A stretch of DNA of 64,000 nucleotides from an uncultured Planctomycetia bacterium. GTDB taxonomy: Bacteria > Omnitrophota > Gorgyraeia > Duberdicusellales > 4484-171. The stretch spans positions 164,056 through 228,055 of the forward strand of contig CAZVQU010000001.1 of NCBI GenBank assembly GCA_964629655.1, written 5' to 3'. Made by a program: the position numbers and the translations under genes. Within the stretch, counting starts at the first letter, position 1. Each line of letters opens with the position of its first letter. Below are positions 7,410 through 17,285 of the stretch, piece by piece. The notes under the pieces were generated by a model. The model worked only from the letters and a program-made list of their open reading frames with translations. It ran no database searches and was not told the DNA's origin.

Positions 7410-10271
7410 CTATTTTCCACAACACTTCTTGTATTTCTTACCGCTACCGCAAGGGCAAGGTTCATTTCTGCCTACCTTCTTAGTAACAGAAATAGTCTTA
7501 GGGGCCGGGGGGGACTTTTCTTTGCTTTTATCCAAAGGTGTGTATTGGGAGTGTATAAAATTTTTGGCTGAATCAGTGAAGACTCCTACCTCTTCTTCTG
7601 CGGGTTTTATCTTTGATCTAAAAGCTAACTCGGCAATACCTTCTTTAATCGCAACAACCATCTCCTGAAAAGCAAAATAAGATTCTTTTTGATATTCTAC
7701 TAAGGGATCAACATGAGCATGAGCCCGCAAATGTATGCCCTCTCTCAGATGATCTACAGTTAAAAGATGCTCCTTCCAACGAGAATCCACAACCCATAGG
7801 CTAACTGCTTTTTCCATCTGACGCATATTCTGAAATCCAGATTTTTCTTCCTTCTCCCGATAAATACTTCTAAGCCTTTTACTGAGGAAATCTACTGCCT
7901 GGTCAGGCAATAAACTACTAAGTTCATCAATCGGTATCTCTAAATCAAACTTGGATTTTATCCAATGAGCCAATCCTATAAAATTACTCTCTTCCTGAAA
8001 ATAATGAGGAATGTCCCTCTCTAAGAACTCATCAACCATAGAAAGGATTTCCTCTTTCATATTTTTGTTCTCTAAAATCTCTTTTCTCTGACTATAGATA
8101 ACCTCTCTTTGTTTATTCATCACATTATCATACTGCAAGAGTTGTTTTCGAATCTCAAAATTATGAGCCTCTACCTTCTTTTGAGCAGCAGCTAAAGAAT
8201 GATTAATAAGTCCGTGCTCTATTGGCTGATCTTCAGAAAAGCCAAAGGCTTCCATCAAACCATAAATCCTCTCCGAACCAAATAGACGCATTAAATCATC
8301 CTCTAGCGAGACATAGAAACGAGAGGAACCGGGATCACCTTGACGTCCCGACCTACCCCTAAGCTGATTATCAATTCTTCTTGCTTCGTGACGCTGAGTG
8401 CCGATGATATACAAACCTCCCAATTTAATAACTTCGTCATGCTCAGCCTGAAATTTATCCTTATGCTCATTATTTAAATGCTCATATTCTTCTCTGTAGC
8501 TAGGACTTTCAGCAAGTATATTATTGCGGGCTAAGATATCTTTAATAAAGTAGTCAATATTCCCTCCTAAAACTATATCGGTGCCTCGTCCAGCCATATT
8601 AGTAGCAATGGTTATCTGGGATAGATGACCGGCCTGGGCAATAATGACAGCCTCTTTCTCATGATACTTAGCATTCAAAATATTGTAAGGGATACCTTTC
8701 TTCTGGAGCAAAAAAGAAAGTTGCTCTGAGTCTTCAATTGAAGTTGTACCCACCAAAACAGGCCTCTTTATCTTGTAAAGCTCTTCAATCTCACCTATTA
8801 CAGCATTAAATTTACCCCTCTTGTTCTTGTAAATTCTATCAGCACAATTCTCCCTTATTAAAGGTTTATTCGTAGGAACTGCCATTACATCTAACTTGTA
8901 GATATGATTAAATTCGCTAGCCTCTGTATAAGCAGTTCCAGTCATCCCAGCTAGCTTATCGTACATTCGAAAGTAATTCTGTAGAGTAATTGTGGCTAGA
9001 GTCTGGCTCTCTTCTTGAATTCTTAAACCTTCCCTTGCCTCTACAGCTTGATGCAGACCATCAGACCAACGCCGACCCGACATAAGCCGGCCGGTAAACT
9101 CATCAACAATAACTACCTTGCCATCTTTTACTATATATTCTCTATCTCTGTGAAAAAAATTATGTGCTCTAAGGCTTTGAGTAAGATAATGTTTCCAGGA
9201 ATTAGAAAGTTTATCCGGTGTTTCTTCGGAAATGCTGCTAATACCTAAAAGTTTTTCAGCTCTTTTTTCACCTTTTGGGGTAAAATCAATATTTTGAGTT
9301 TTCTCTTCACCGATTGCATCAAAATTCTGCTCTAGCTCTTCGGAAGATAGTTTCGTCTCACTTCCATCAAGATTCTTCAAGGTAATCGTTCCGTCTGTTT
9401 TATTATAAAAACTCTGGATAATAAGCTTAGTTTTTAATTGCTTAACTATTCTGTCAGCATCATAATATTTTTTTACATTACTCTCAGCAGGACCGGATAT
9501 AATCAAAGGTGTCCTGGCTTCATCTACCAATATAGAATCAACCTCATCAACTATTGCATAAAAATGTTCTCTTTGAACCATATCCGCCAAATTAGTCACC
9601 ATATTGTCGCGAAGATAATCAAACCCAAATTCATTATTAGTTCCATAGGTTATATCGCAAAGATAAGCTGTTCTTCTTTGCTGCTTGGGCATATCTTGCT
9701 GGATAACCCCGCAAGATAAGCCTAAGAACTCATAGATTGGCTCCATCCACTCTTTATCACGCTTAGCTAAATAGTCATTAACCGTGATGATGTGAACACC
9801 TTCACCGGTAAGGGCATTCAAAGATGCGGCAAGAGTCGCCACAAGAGTTTTTCCTTCTCCGGTAACCATCTCGGCTATTTTATTTTTATGTAGGATAATT
9901 CCACCCAGGATTTGAACATCAAAATGGCGCATCTTCACTGTCCTCTTTGCTGCCTCTCTGACCATCGCAAAGTAGAAAGGAAGAATTTCATCAAGAATAC
10001 TTTCGACTACCTCTTTATACTTCTGGGGGGCTACATTGGCAGTCCTAGATCTTATTAATTCCTTAAATTCAGATGTTTTTTCTTTGAAGAATCCATCGGG
10101 TTTATCTATCAAAGCTTCTTCTTGAGAATTAACCTTACTAACTAAAGAAGCTAGAGGGGGTATCTCCTTTAAGGAAGGGGTGGGAAGTTCACGATTTAAG
10201 CAAATATCCGCTTTAGGCCTTAAGACATTAATCTTTTTCTGGCAGCTTTTAAGAATAAATTTTTTAATCAT
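7410..10271 (-). CDS. secA: Preprotein translocase ATPase SecA
   Basis: 953 aa. Motifs include MRHFDVQILGG, GEGKTLVA and DEVDSILVDEARTPLIISG. The C-terminal zinc finger is CPCGSGKKYKKCCGK. Confidence 0.95.
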   Translation of the reverse strand: MIKKFILKSCQKKINVLRPKADICLNRELPTPSLKEIPPLASLVSKVNSQEEALIDKPDGFFKEKTSEFKELIRSRTANVAPQKYKEVVESILDEILPFYFAMVREAAKRTVKMRHFDVQILGGIILHKNKIAEMVTGEGKTLVATLAASLNALTGEGVHIITVNDYLAKRDKEWMEPIYEFLGLSCGVIQQDMPKQQRRTAYLCDITYGTNNEFGFDYLRDNMVTNLADMVQREHFYAIVDEVDSILVDEARTPLIISGPAESNVKKYYDADRIVKQLKTKLIIQSFYNKTDGTITLKNLDGSETKLSSEELEQNFDAIGEEKTQNIDFTPKGEKRAEKLLGISSISEETPDKLSNSWKHYLTQSLRAHNFFHRDREYIVKDGKVVIVDEFTGRLMSGRRWSDGLHQAVEAREGLRIQEESQTLATITLQNYFRMYDKLAGMTGTAYTEASEFNHIYKLDVMAVPTNKPLIRENCADRIYKNKRGKFNAVIGEIEELYKIKRPVLVGTTSIEDSEQLSFLLQKKGIPYNILNAKYHEKEAVIIAQAGHLSQITIATNMAGRGTDIVLGGNIDYFIKDILARNNILAESPSYREEYEHLNNEHKDKFQAEHDEVIKLGGLYIIGTQRHEARRIDNQLRGRSGRQGDPGSSRFYVSLEDDLMRLFGSERIYGLMEAFGFSEDQPIEHGLINHSLAAAQKKVEAHNFEIRKQLLQYDNVMNKQREVIYSQRKEILENKNMKEEILSMVDEFLERDIPHYFQEESNFIGLAHWIKSKFDLEIPIDELSSLLPDQAVDFLSKRLRSIYREKEEKSGFQNMRQMEKAVSLWVVDSRWKEHLLTVDHLREGIHLRAHAHVDPLVEYQKESYFAFQEMVVAIKEGIAELAFRSKIKPAEEEVGVFTDSAKNFIHSQYTPLDKSKEKSPPAPKTISVTKKVGRNEPCPCGSGKKYKKCCGK

Positions 10272-11366
10272 TTAATCTAGTGATTGAGAGCTATCATACT
10301 CTAGGTAACTGTAAATAAACTCATCTATCTTACCATCTAAGACTGCCTTTGCGTCATGATTTTCTAAGTTTGTCCTATGGTCTTTTACCAAAAGGTAAGG
10401 GTGCAAAATATAAGAACGAATTTGAGAACCCCATTCAATTTTCTGTTTTTTCCCGGAAGTCTCCTCAAGCTCCTTTCTACTTTCGGCTTCTTTACATTCA
10501 TACAATTTCGCTTTGAGAATCTTTAAGGCTACCTGCTTATTCTGATATTGAGAGCGTTCATTTTGGCAAGTAACTATAATCTTTGAAGGTAGGTGAGTAA
10601 TCCTTACCGCCGAATCAGTAACGTTTACATGCTGACCGCCAGCTCCTGAAGCCCGGAAGGTATCTATCTTTAAATCTTCTAATTTTATTTCAATTTCAAT
10701 ATCATCCTTTATCTCTGGAAGCACACCGACTGAAGCAAAAGATGTGTGGCGCCTCTTATTGGCGTCAAAAGGAGAAATCCTCACTAAACGATGAACTCCT
10801 ATCTCTGACCTCAATAATCCGTAAGCCTTTCTGCCTTCAATAAAAAAAGTAACACTCTTTACCCCGGCCTCATCACCTCTAAGTTCATTCAATACCTTAA
10901 ACTTAAATTTCTTATCCTCAGCCCACCTAAAATACATCCTAAATAACATACTAGCCCAATCACAAGCTTCGGTGCCTCCGGCTCCAGAATTTATTTCGAT
11001 AATAGCACTAGCGGTGTCAAACTTACCTGAAAAGAGAATTCTTAATCTTAAACGCTGACAATCACCCCTTAATTCCTTTTCTTCAGTTAAAATATCTTTC
11101 TCAAGACTAGGCTCATAGATGGAAAGAAGTTCTATTAGATTATTAAGCCTGCCACTTAGATCATCCCAATCATCAACATCGCTCTTAACTTCTTTAAGCG
11201 AAGCTATCACCATGGCTGCTTGTTTTGAATCTGTCCAAAAATCAGGCTCAGACATCTTAAGCTGTAGCTCCTTAACCTGGGTACGCTTGGGCTCAACATT
11301 AAGCATCTGGCCTAAATTCTTAACTTCCTCTTCTAATTTATCTATTTGTTTTTTTATCTCTTGCAT
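10272..11366 (-). CDS. prfB: Peptide chain release factor 2
   Basis: 364 aa with the SPF tripeptide (RISPFDANKRRHTS) and GGQ (GAGGQHVNVTDSAVRITHLP). It is one continuous ORF with no in-frame UGA frameshift site. Confidence 0.9.
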   Translation of the reverse strand: MQEIKKQIDKLEEEVKNLGQMLNVEPKRTQVKELQLKMSEPDFWTDSKQAAMVIASLKEVKSDVDDWDDLSGRLNNLIELLSIYEPSLEKDILTEEKELRGDCQRLRLRILFSGKFDTASAIIEINSGAGGTEACDWASMLFRMYFRWAEDKKFKFKVLNELRGDEAGVKSVTFFIEGRKAYGLLRSEIGVHRLVRISPFDANKRRHTSFASVGVLPEIKDDIEIEIKLEDLKIDTFRASGAGGQHVNVTDSAVRITHLPSKIIVTCQNERSQYQNKQVALKILKAKLYECKEAESRKELEETSGKKQKIEWGSQIRSYILHPYLLVKDHRTNLENHDAKAVLDGKIDEFIYSYLEYDSSQSLD

Positions 11367-11433
11367 AATCTCACTAAAGCTTTTTGACTAGTTTTGGGAT
11401 TTTTGACTATTGTGTCAGCTAAAGGTTCTCGTT

Positions 11434-12510
11434 CTATCCTTCTAGCTTCCCCCGAGTCCTTAATTCCATTGCCAGTTCTTCTTTGCTATCAGCATACTCT
11501 AGGGCAACTTCAGGACTAACTTTACCTGATTCAACAAGTTCCAGTAAAGATTTTTGGAAATTAACCATTCCGTAGATATCTCCGGAATCAATATACTTAG
11601 GAACTTCCCAAAGCTTATCCTCCCTTATAAGGCGAGATATTGAAGGACTTAGTACCATTGATTCACAGGCCGGGATAAGCCCTGGCTTATCACATCTGGG
11701 AAGCAACCTCTGCGACAATACTCCCTTGATGAGAGAGGAAAGCTGGTTAAGAACAAACTTATGTTGATGAGAAGGAAATAAATTTACTAATCTCTCTACT
11801 GTTGAAGCTGCATTTACCGTATGCAGAGTAGAAAAAACAAGGGCTCCTGTTTGGGCAACAGTTAAGGCTGCATGGCAGGTTTCAACATCACGGATATTTC
11901 CGATATAAATAACATCCGGGGAATGTAAGGCAAATTGCTTAAGAGCATCCTTATAACTCCAGACATCCGTACCTATCTCCCGCTGATTTATTATTGACTT
12001 TTTATCCTCAAAGGTAAATTCGATAGGTTCTTCGATAGTAAAGATATGACGACCGAAATTATTATTAATATACTCTATCATACTGGCAATAGTTGTAGAC
12101 TTTCCGCTCCCAGTTATGCCAGTAAGAAAGATTATTCCTCTTTTTTCTTGACAAAACTTCTTTAATAATTCAGACGGGAGATTAAGATCTTCAAGGGAAG
12201 GAATACGTAAATCAATTTTTCTTACTACTAAAGCTAAGGTACTCCTCTGATAAAATACGCCGACACGAAAACGCCAAAAATCCTTATACCAATACGTAAA
12301 CTCACACCCCTTTTGGCTTCTTAGCTTTTCCTTATCGCTCTCGCGAGTTATTTCCTTAACAATCATGTTTATATTATCTGAACTTATTATCTTATCGCTA
12401 ACCGTCTCTACCCTAGAATAAACCCTTCCCTTAAGGTTTCCATTAGCTCTTATGAAGATATCTGATATATTTTTTTCAATCATTATGTCGAGAATTTCTT
12501 TAAAAGTCAT
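11434..12510 (-). CDS. pilT: Type IV pilus retraction ATPase PilT family
   Basis: 358 aa. Walker A is LTGITGSGKSTT. The sequence IFTIEEPIEF and the overall length match PilT/PilU. Confidence 0.8.
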   Translation of the reverse strand: MTFKEILDIMIEKNISDIFIRANGNLKGRVYSRVETVSDKIISSDNINMIVKEITRESDKEKLRSQKGCEFTYWYKDFWRFRVGVFYQRSTLALVVRKIDLRIPSLEDLNLPSELLKKFCQEKRGIIFLTGITGSGKSTTIASMIEYINNNFGRHIFTIEEPIEFTFEDKKSIINQREIGTDVWSYKDALKQFALHSPDVIYIGNIRDVETCHAALTVAQTGALVFSTLHTVNAASTVERLVNLFPSHQHKFVLNQLSSLIKGVLSQRLLPRCDKPGLIPACESMVLSPSISRLIREDKLWEVPKYIDSGDIYGMVNFQKSLLELVESGKVSPEVALEYADSKEELAMELRTRGKLEG

Positions 12511-12611
12511 TACTTACCTCCTCAATAATCCCGCCAACGGCGAGGGAACTGACCCTGAGCGACTTCGGCACTACGTCGAAAAAATCAAAGGGCCTAAAAA
12601 TAATTTCTTTC

Positions 12612-12881
12612 CTATTTTATCATATCTCTTATTTTTTTCTCTAAATTTATTAGTTTTTCCTTTAGATCTCGGCCCAAAGAATATCCGCCTAATTCTTTTG
12701 AGGATTTTATTACCCGGTGGCAAGGGATAAATAAAGGGTAAGGATTCTTTGCTAAGGCATTTGCTACCGCCCTATAAGCCTTAGGCCTGCCAACTTTTCT
12801 TGCTACCCACTTATAACTACGTAACTGGCCTAAGGGAATCCTTGAAACCACTCCTAATACTTTCTTCTCAAAGTCAGTCAT
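12612..12881 (-). CDS. ogt: Methylated-DNA--protein-cysteine methyltransferase, DNA-binding domain only (Ogt-like)
   Basis: 89 aa containing the PCHRV active-site motif. It overlaps the uvrC stop by 4 nt. Confidence 0.7.
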   Translation of the reverse strand: MTDFEKKVLGVVSRIPLGQLRSYKWVARKVGRPKAYRAVANALAKNPYPLFIPCHRVIKSSKELGGYSLGRDLKEKLINLEKKIRDMIK

Positions 12882-14110
12882 TTGTTTTTAGTTATAGTGA
12901 CTGTTCTCCTCTTGCGAAGTACTAATCCGTAAGCATGGGCAAATCTATGAGCCTCGTCTCTGGCTCTTTGAATTAAATGCAGCCCGGGATTACTTCTAGG
13001 AATAGTCAGGGGGTTTTTTTCCGAAACCGTCCAAACCTCCTCGTTCTTTTTGGCAATACCAATAAGAGGAACCGAAACCCTAAGCGTTTCTAATTCTTTA
13101 TATGCTCGCAAAAGATGGCCTTTACCTCCATCGACAATGATTAAATCCGGCAAAGGGGAATTCTCTTTCTTAAGGCGAGAGTACCTTCTTCTTATAACTT
13201 CAGCAATCATATCATAGTCATCCCTCTCTCTCGCTGTTCTTATTTGAAAACGGCGATAACTATTCTTATCAGGAACTCCATCCCTAAAGATCACCACTGA
13301 ACCCACACAATCACTTCTGCCCAAAGAAGAAATGTCTATAGCTTCTATGAGCAAGGGAAGCTTGGGTAAATTTAAGATCTCCTTTAAAGCAATAATCTCA
13401 TGGGCTTGGGGTTTGCCCTTATAGAGACTGTCAATGGCTAATAATTTATCTCTTAGGGAAGCGGCCCATTCAAACTTTTTTGCTGCTGCCGATTTCTTCA
13501 TCTTAGCAGTTAACTCCTTAGCTAGCTCTCTCCTCTGCCCCTTTAATATTCTGCAAATACTCTGTATAGTGCTCCTGTAAGCACTCATCGACACCTTCCC
13601 CGCGCAGGGAGCCGGACAAAGCTTAAGATGAAAGAATAAACAAGCTTCCTTTGGCATTCTCCTGCAAGAACGATAAGGAAAAACTCTTCTTATTAAAGTT
13701 AGAGCCGACTCTAAAGTCTTTGCCTGAGGGTAAGGACCAAAAAGAATGTTTTTATTCTTTGCCTTAGGCCTTGAAATAAAAATTCTCGGAAATTTCTCCT
13801 TAGTTATTTCAATATAAGGATAACTCTTGTTGTCCCTAAGAGAAATATTATATCTTGGTTTTTTCTCTTTGATTAGAGCGGCTTCTAAAATTAAAGCCTG
13901 TTCTGAGCTCTCACATTCGATATAATCAATATCACTTACATTCTTAAGCAGGCTGTCAGTTTTGAGATCACCTGTTTTAGAAAAATAACTGCTGACTCTC
14001 TTTCGCAAAGAAGAAGCTTTGCCGACATAAAGAATTCTACCCCCCTTTAATTTCATGATGTAGACACCGGGGCTTTGTGGCAATCTTTTTACTTTCTCTC
14101 TAATGCCCAT
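12878..14110 (-). CDS. uvrC: Excinuclease ABC subunit C (short form; C-terminal HhH apparently absent)
   Basis: GIY-YIG motif (GVYIM...ILYVGKA). Cys cluster CRRMPKEACLFFHLKLCPAPCAG. UVR motif, and an RNase H-like segment DLIIVDGGKGHL. Confidence 0.7.
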   Translation of the reverse strand: MGIREKVKRLPQSPGVYIMKLKGGRILYVGKASSLRKRVSSYFSKTGDLKTDSLLKNVSDIDYIECESSEQALILEAALIKEKKPRYNISLRDNKSYPYIEITKEKFPRIFISRPKAKNKNILFGPYPQAKTLESALTLIRRVFPYRSCRRMPKEACLFFHLKLCPAPCAGKVSMSAYRSTIQSICRILKGQRRELAKELTAKMKKSAAAKKFEWAASLRDKLLAIDSLYKGKPQAHEIIALKEILNLPKLPLLIEAIDISSLGRSDCVGSVVIFRDGVPDKNSYRRFQIRTARERDDYDMIAEVIRRRYSRLKKENSPLPDLIIVDGGKGHLLRAYKELETLRVSVPLIGIAKKNEEVWTVSEKNPLTIPRSNPGLHLIQRARDEAHRFAHAYGLVLRKRRTVTITKNK

Positions 14111-15624
14111 TTTTTCAAATAATCGATCTGCTTTATTCCAAGAATATACCCACCGATAATAAATATACCCAGTAGTGATATTACAACAATCAGCATGTTG
14201 ATATATTTATTAAAGAAAAGGGAATTTAAAAGGATACGGGCAGTAATTCCTATAGCAACGCTTAGCAGAAGGGTTTTTAAAAATTGGATTCTGGTATCCT
14301 GAAAATCTATTTTACCTATTCTTCTTCTAAGCCAGTAATAAAGGAGGCAAAAATTAAACGCTGCTGCTAAACTACTGCCTAAAGCTACACCACCAATCTT
14401 TAAAGGAAACATCAAAATAGCACTTAGGATAATATTGACAGCTAAAGAGAGAGTCGCAGTCTTTGCTGGAAGAGTCGTCTCCTTTAAAGCGTAGAAAGAA
14501 TTAACTAATAATTTTATACCGCAGAAGAAAAACAAGCCAAAAGAATAGAAGAAAAGAACTGAAGCGGTCATGCTTAAAGAATTAATATCAAATTTACCCC
14601 GAGTAAAGATAACATTAATTATATCTTCGGAGGCAAAAATAAAGAAGCTGACCAAGGGAATGATAAAGAAAATAATGTTCTGGAGAGAAAAAACAAAGAG
14701 TTTCTTAAAATCATCCATATTGCCTTTGTGATGGTAAGAAGATAAATCAACAATGGCAACTCGGGATATCGAAAGAGCAATAAGGGCAAACGGGAATTGA
14801 ATCAACCGATTAGCATAGTAGACCGAAGCTAGGGCTCCCTGGCCTACTATTGAGACCAAAGAAGAAAATATGGTATCAATAAATACACTTAGATGATAAA
14901 CAATGCTAGACCAAATTCGGGGGATGAATAGCTTTAGCATTCGGATGATTACACTATTTCTTAGAGATTTAAAAAAGTTCAATCTTAAGACAAAGCCTTC
15001 TCTCTTGAGAGAAATAAAAGGGAAAAGTAATTGGATTACACCGGCAACCAATACACAGGCAATCAGAATATAGCCCTCGTTGGACCGGCTAAAGAATATT
15101 ATCCCAACGATAAAAGAAATATTTAAAAAGACCGGGTTTATGGCCGGAACGAAGAACTTCTTAAGCGAATACAGAAGAGAGACAACATTGGCTGAAAGAC
15201 CGATAAAAAAGAGATAAATAAAGGTTATCTTGGTAAAAGATACAGCTAAATTAAATTTGAAACTTTCAGCAATGAATCCCGGGGCGATAAGAATAACCAG
15301 AAACTTAGCAAAAATAATCCCCAGGACAGTCGCAACAAGAAGGACAACTGCAAAAAGGGAGAGCAGATGGTTACCTATCTGGAATATTCTCTCTTTATTG
15401 CCTTGATGTTCCGAAAGGACCGGTGTAGCTACCGAGTCAGAGAAACCTTCGGCAAAAACACTCCTAAATATATTAGGCAGGCGAAAAGATACAATAAATG
15501 CCTCAAGAATCCCAGTAGTACCGAAAAAATTAGCAATTAATATATCCCGGATAAACCCTAGCACTCGCGAAGATAATGTTCCTAAACCCAATATATATGT
15601 ATTCTTTATGATTCTCTTAAGCAT
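14089..15624 (-). CDS. murJ: Lipid II flippase MurJ
   Basis: 511 aa polytopic protein. The N-terminus LGLGTLSSRVLGFIRDILIANFFG is typical of MurJ/MviN. Confidence 0.85.
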   Translation of the reverse strand: MLKRIIKNTYILGLGTLSSRVLGFIRDILIANFFGTTGILEAFIVSFRLPNIFRSVFAEGFSDSVATPVLSEHQGNKERIFQIGNHLLSLFAVVLLVATVLGIIFAKFLVILIAPGFIAESFKFNLAVSFTKITFIYLFFIGLSANVVSLLYSLKKFFVPAINPVFLNISFIVGIIFFSRSNEGYILIACVLVAGVIQLLFPFISLKREGFVLRLNFFKSLRNSVIIRMLKLFIPRIWSSIVYHLSVFIDTIFSSLVSIVGQGALASVYYANRLIQFPFALIALSISRVAIVDLSSYHHKGNMDDFKKLFVFSLQNIIFFIIPLVSFFIFASEDIINVIFTRGKFDINSLSMTASVLFFYSFGLFFFCGIKLLVNSFYALKETTLPAKTATLSLAVNIILSAILMFPLKIGGVALGSSLAAAFNFCLLYYWLRRRIGKIDFQDTRIQFLKTLLLSVAIGITARILLNSLFFNKYINMLIVVISLLGIFIIGGYILGIKQIDYLKKWALERK

Positions 15625-15645
15625 AAATCTTATCTAAAAAAAGGC

Positions 15646-15674
15646 TTGACATTATTGCGGTATTTCTATAAAAT
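15646..15674 (+). promoter_or_regulatory. Sigma70-type promoter of rpsT (TTGACA-N17-TAAAAT), followed by SD AAGGAGG
   Basis: TTGACA at 15646..15651, TAAAAT at 15669..15674. AAGGAGG at 15687..15693 lies 4 nt before the ATG. Confidence 0.6.
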
Positions 15675-15697
15675 CATCCCTAAGCTAAGGAGGAAAC

Positions 15698-15973
15698 ATG
15701 CCCCAAAGAAAAACAGCAAAAAAAGACTTAAAGCAAAACAAAAAAAGACAGCAAAGGAATTTAGAGATCAAGCAAAGCGTAAAAGATGCAATAAAAAAGC
15801 TTAAAAGAGCTGTAGACTCTAAAGATGCTTCGACCAGGGAAAAAGCCCTGACCGAAGTGTATAAAATTCTTGATAAAGCCGCTTCCAAAAATATAATTCA
15901 TCGTAACAAAGCATCCCGGAAAAAAAGCCGTCTCTCTAGGCTACTGAAGAAAACCACTTCTAAATCTTCCTAA
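15698..15973 (+). CDS. rpsT: 30S ribosomal protein S20
   Basis: 91 aa, MPQRKTAKKDLKQNKKRQQRNLEIKQ... with the S20 signature ...KNIIHRNKASRKKSRL. Confidence 0.9.
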   Translation: MPQRKTAKKDLKQNKKRQQRNLEIKQSVKDAIKKLKRAVDSKDASTREKALTEVYKILDKAASKNIIHRNKASRKKSRLSRLLKKTTSKSS

Positions 15974-16040
15974 AGCTCACCTTAAGCAAATAAAATATCA
16001 CGGAACAGATTAGCTCTGCCTTTTAGAGCCCTAATATTAT

Positions 16041-16733
16041 TCAATTGGGTCCAAGAACTCGTACTAAGAGTGACTCGATAACTAGACGAGGATCCATACC
16101 TTTTTCTTTTATCGCCCGATCTGCCTTCCACAAATATTTAAAATACCTCTCTTTCTCGGTAGGATTTTTAAGAAAAGAAAGCTTTCTAACTAATATTCCT
16201 ATAATCTGCGGTCCTAATATTTTATCTTTGGAGCCACCGGCAAATAACTTCTCAAGGATATACACCGAAACTGCCAAATCATTCCTTTTCAAGCTTGTTA
16301 TAAAATCCTCTATTGTAGCTTTTTCCCTAGTTGAAACTACCCTGAACAAAGCCGCTCTTTTTAAAACAGAGACAAAAAATTCATCATTAGTAAACCGCTT
16401 ATCTCTTTGAAACTGGTAGTAATCTTTATCGGTCTCAAAGATAAGATAACTATTAGATAATACCCTCTTTAAATTACCAAAAAGGAATTTCCTTGCTGCC
16501 GAAGGCAAATCCTGAGAATTCTTAAAAACTGCTATCTTACCTCCTCCGAAAGAAGTGGTAAAAAGTTTTTCTCCTAAATCCTTAGGATTTACCTCTTTGC
16601 CATAAAAGGTAAGAACATTAAGAGATGACTCTTTCCCTTTTAGTATTCTTTTCTTTATATTTTCTACTGCCCGTTGCCGCTGCAAAAAATTAGTTCCCGA
16701 AATTAAAAAAACTCTTTCTCTGATGTTTACCAT
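16041..16733 (-). CDS. holA: Probable DNA polymerase III delta subunit (short)
   Basis: 230 aa. The N-terminus VFLISGTNFLQRQRAVENIKKRIL looks like HolA. It sits in the conserved lptE-holA / holA-rpsT context. Confidence 0.45.
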   Translation of the reverse strand: MVNIRERVFLISGTNFLQRQRAVENIKKRILKGKESSLNVLTFYGKEVNPKDLGEKLFTTSFGGGKIAVFKNSQDLPSAARKFLFGNLKRVLSNSYLIFETDKDYYQFQRDKRFTNDEFFVSVLKRAALFRVVSTREKATIEDFITSLKRNDLAVSVYILEKLFAGGSKDKILGPQIIGILVRKLSFLKNPTEKERYFKYLWKADRAIKEKGMDPRLVIESLLVRVLGPN

Positions 16734-17245
16734 TCTTCCGTAACTGCCTCACATATTCTTCTTGCCGTATCATCTATTAAATCCAGCTGAGCAGCACTCT
16801 CACTCTTTGAATTAGCTCCGGTAAGATAGTAAGTAGTCTCTCCAGTGACATCCTTCTCTTTCAATACTCCTCCATCACCGGATGTAAGCTTTATGTGAGC
16901 GTGGAGACGCAGGCGTTGCTCACTTACTGCATCGCTATCAGTGTAACGTAGGGTCTCTTTACTGTAGTCATTCACCGTGCAAACAAGTTTTAAAGCTTTC
17001 GGGTCTTCGCTTACTACCTTAAGATTTCCGTCGATATTAAACTTACTAACTATCTCATTAGTCAATCTATTCTCAATCAAAATAGGGAAACTCGTATAAT
17101 CTGAGTATTTTCTATTCTCAGAAGTAATATTTATCTTGTTTATTACTGGCTTAATCACTATTGCATCTTCGGTATAAATAAAACCTCGCGTGGTGTACCC
17201 ACAACCAACCACAACAAGAAGTAATAAAACTAAGAAATTTTTCAT
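16727..17245 (-). CDS. Lipoprotein, LptE-like
   Basis: Start chosen at MKNFLVLLLLVVVGCGYTTRG. A GGAGG sits 6 nt upstream and there is a lipobox VVGC. Size and position next to holA fit LptE. Confidence 0.4.
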   Translation of the reverse strand: MKNFLVLLLLVVVGCGYTTRGFIYTEDAIVIKPVINKINITSENRKYSDYTSFPILIENRLTNEIVSKFNIDGNLKVVSEDPKALKLVCTVNDYSKETLRYTDSDAVSEQRLRLHAHIKLTSGDGGVLKEKDVTGETTYYLTGANSKSESAAQLDLIDDTARRICEAVTEEW

Positions 17246-17285
17246 CGGTCGCCTCCTGTAACTTTTTTGCTCTATCCTCAATTAA

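Noticed and set aside
11367-11433. Duplicated TTTTTGACTA motif 20 nt apart between prfB and pilT
   Set aside because: Too short and AT-rich to distinguish from chance. No partner -10 element.
12452-12730. 92-aa plus-strand ORF spanning the pilT-ogt intergenic region
   Set aside because: It overlaps both the pilT start and ogt. No SD. A low-complexity product.
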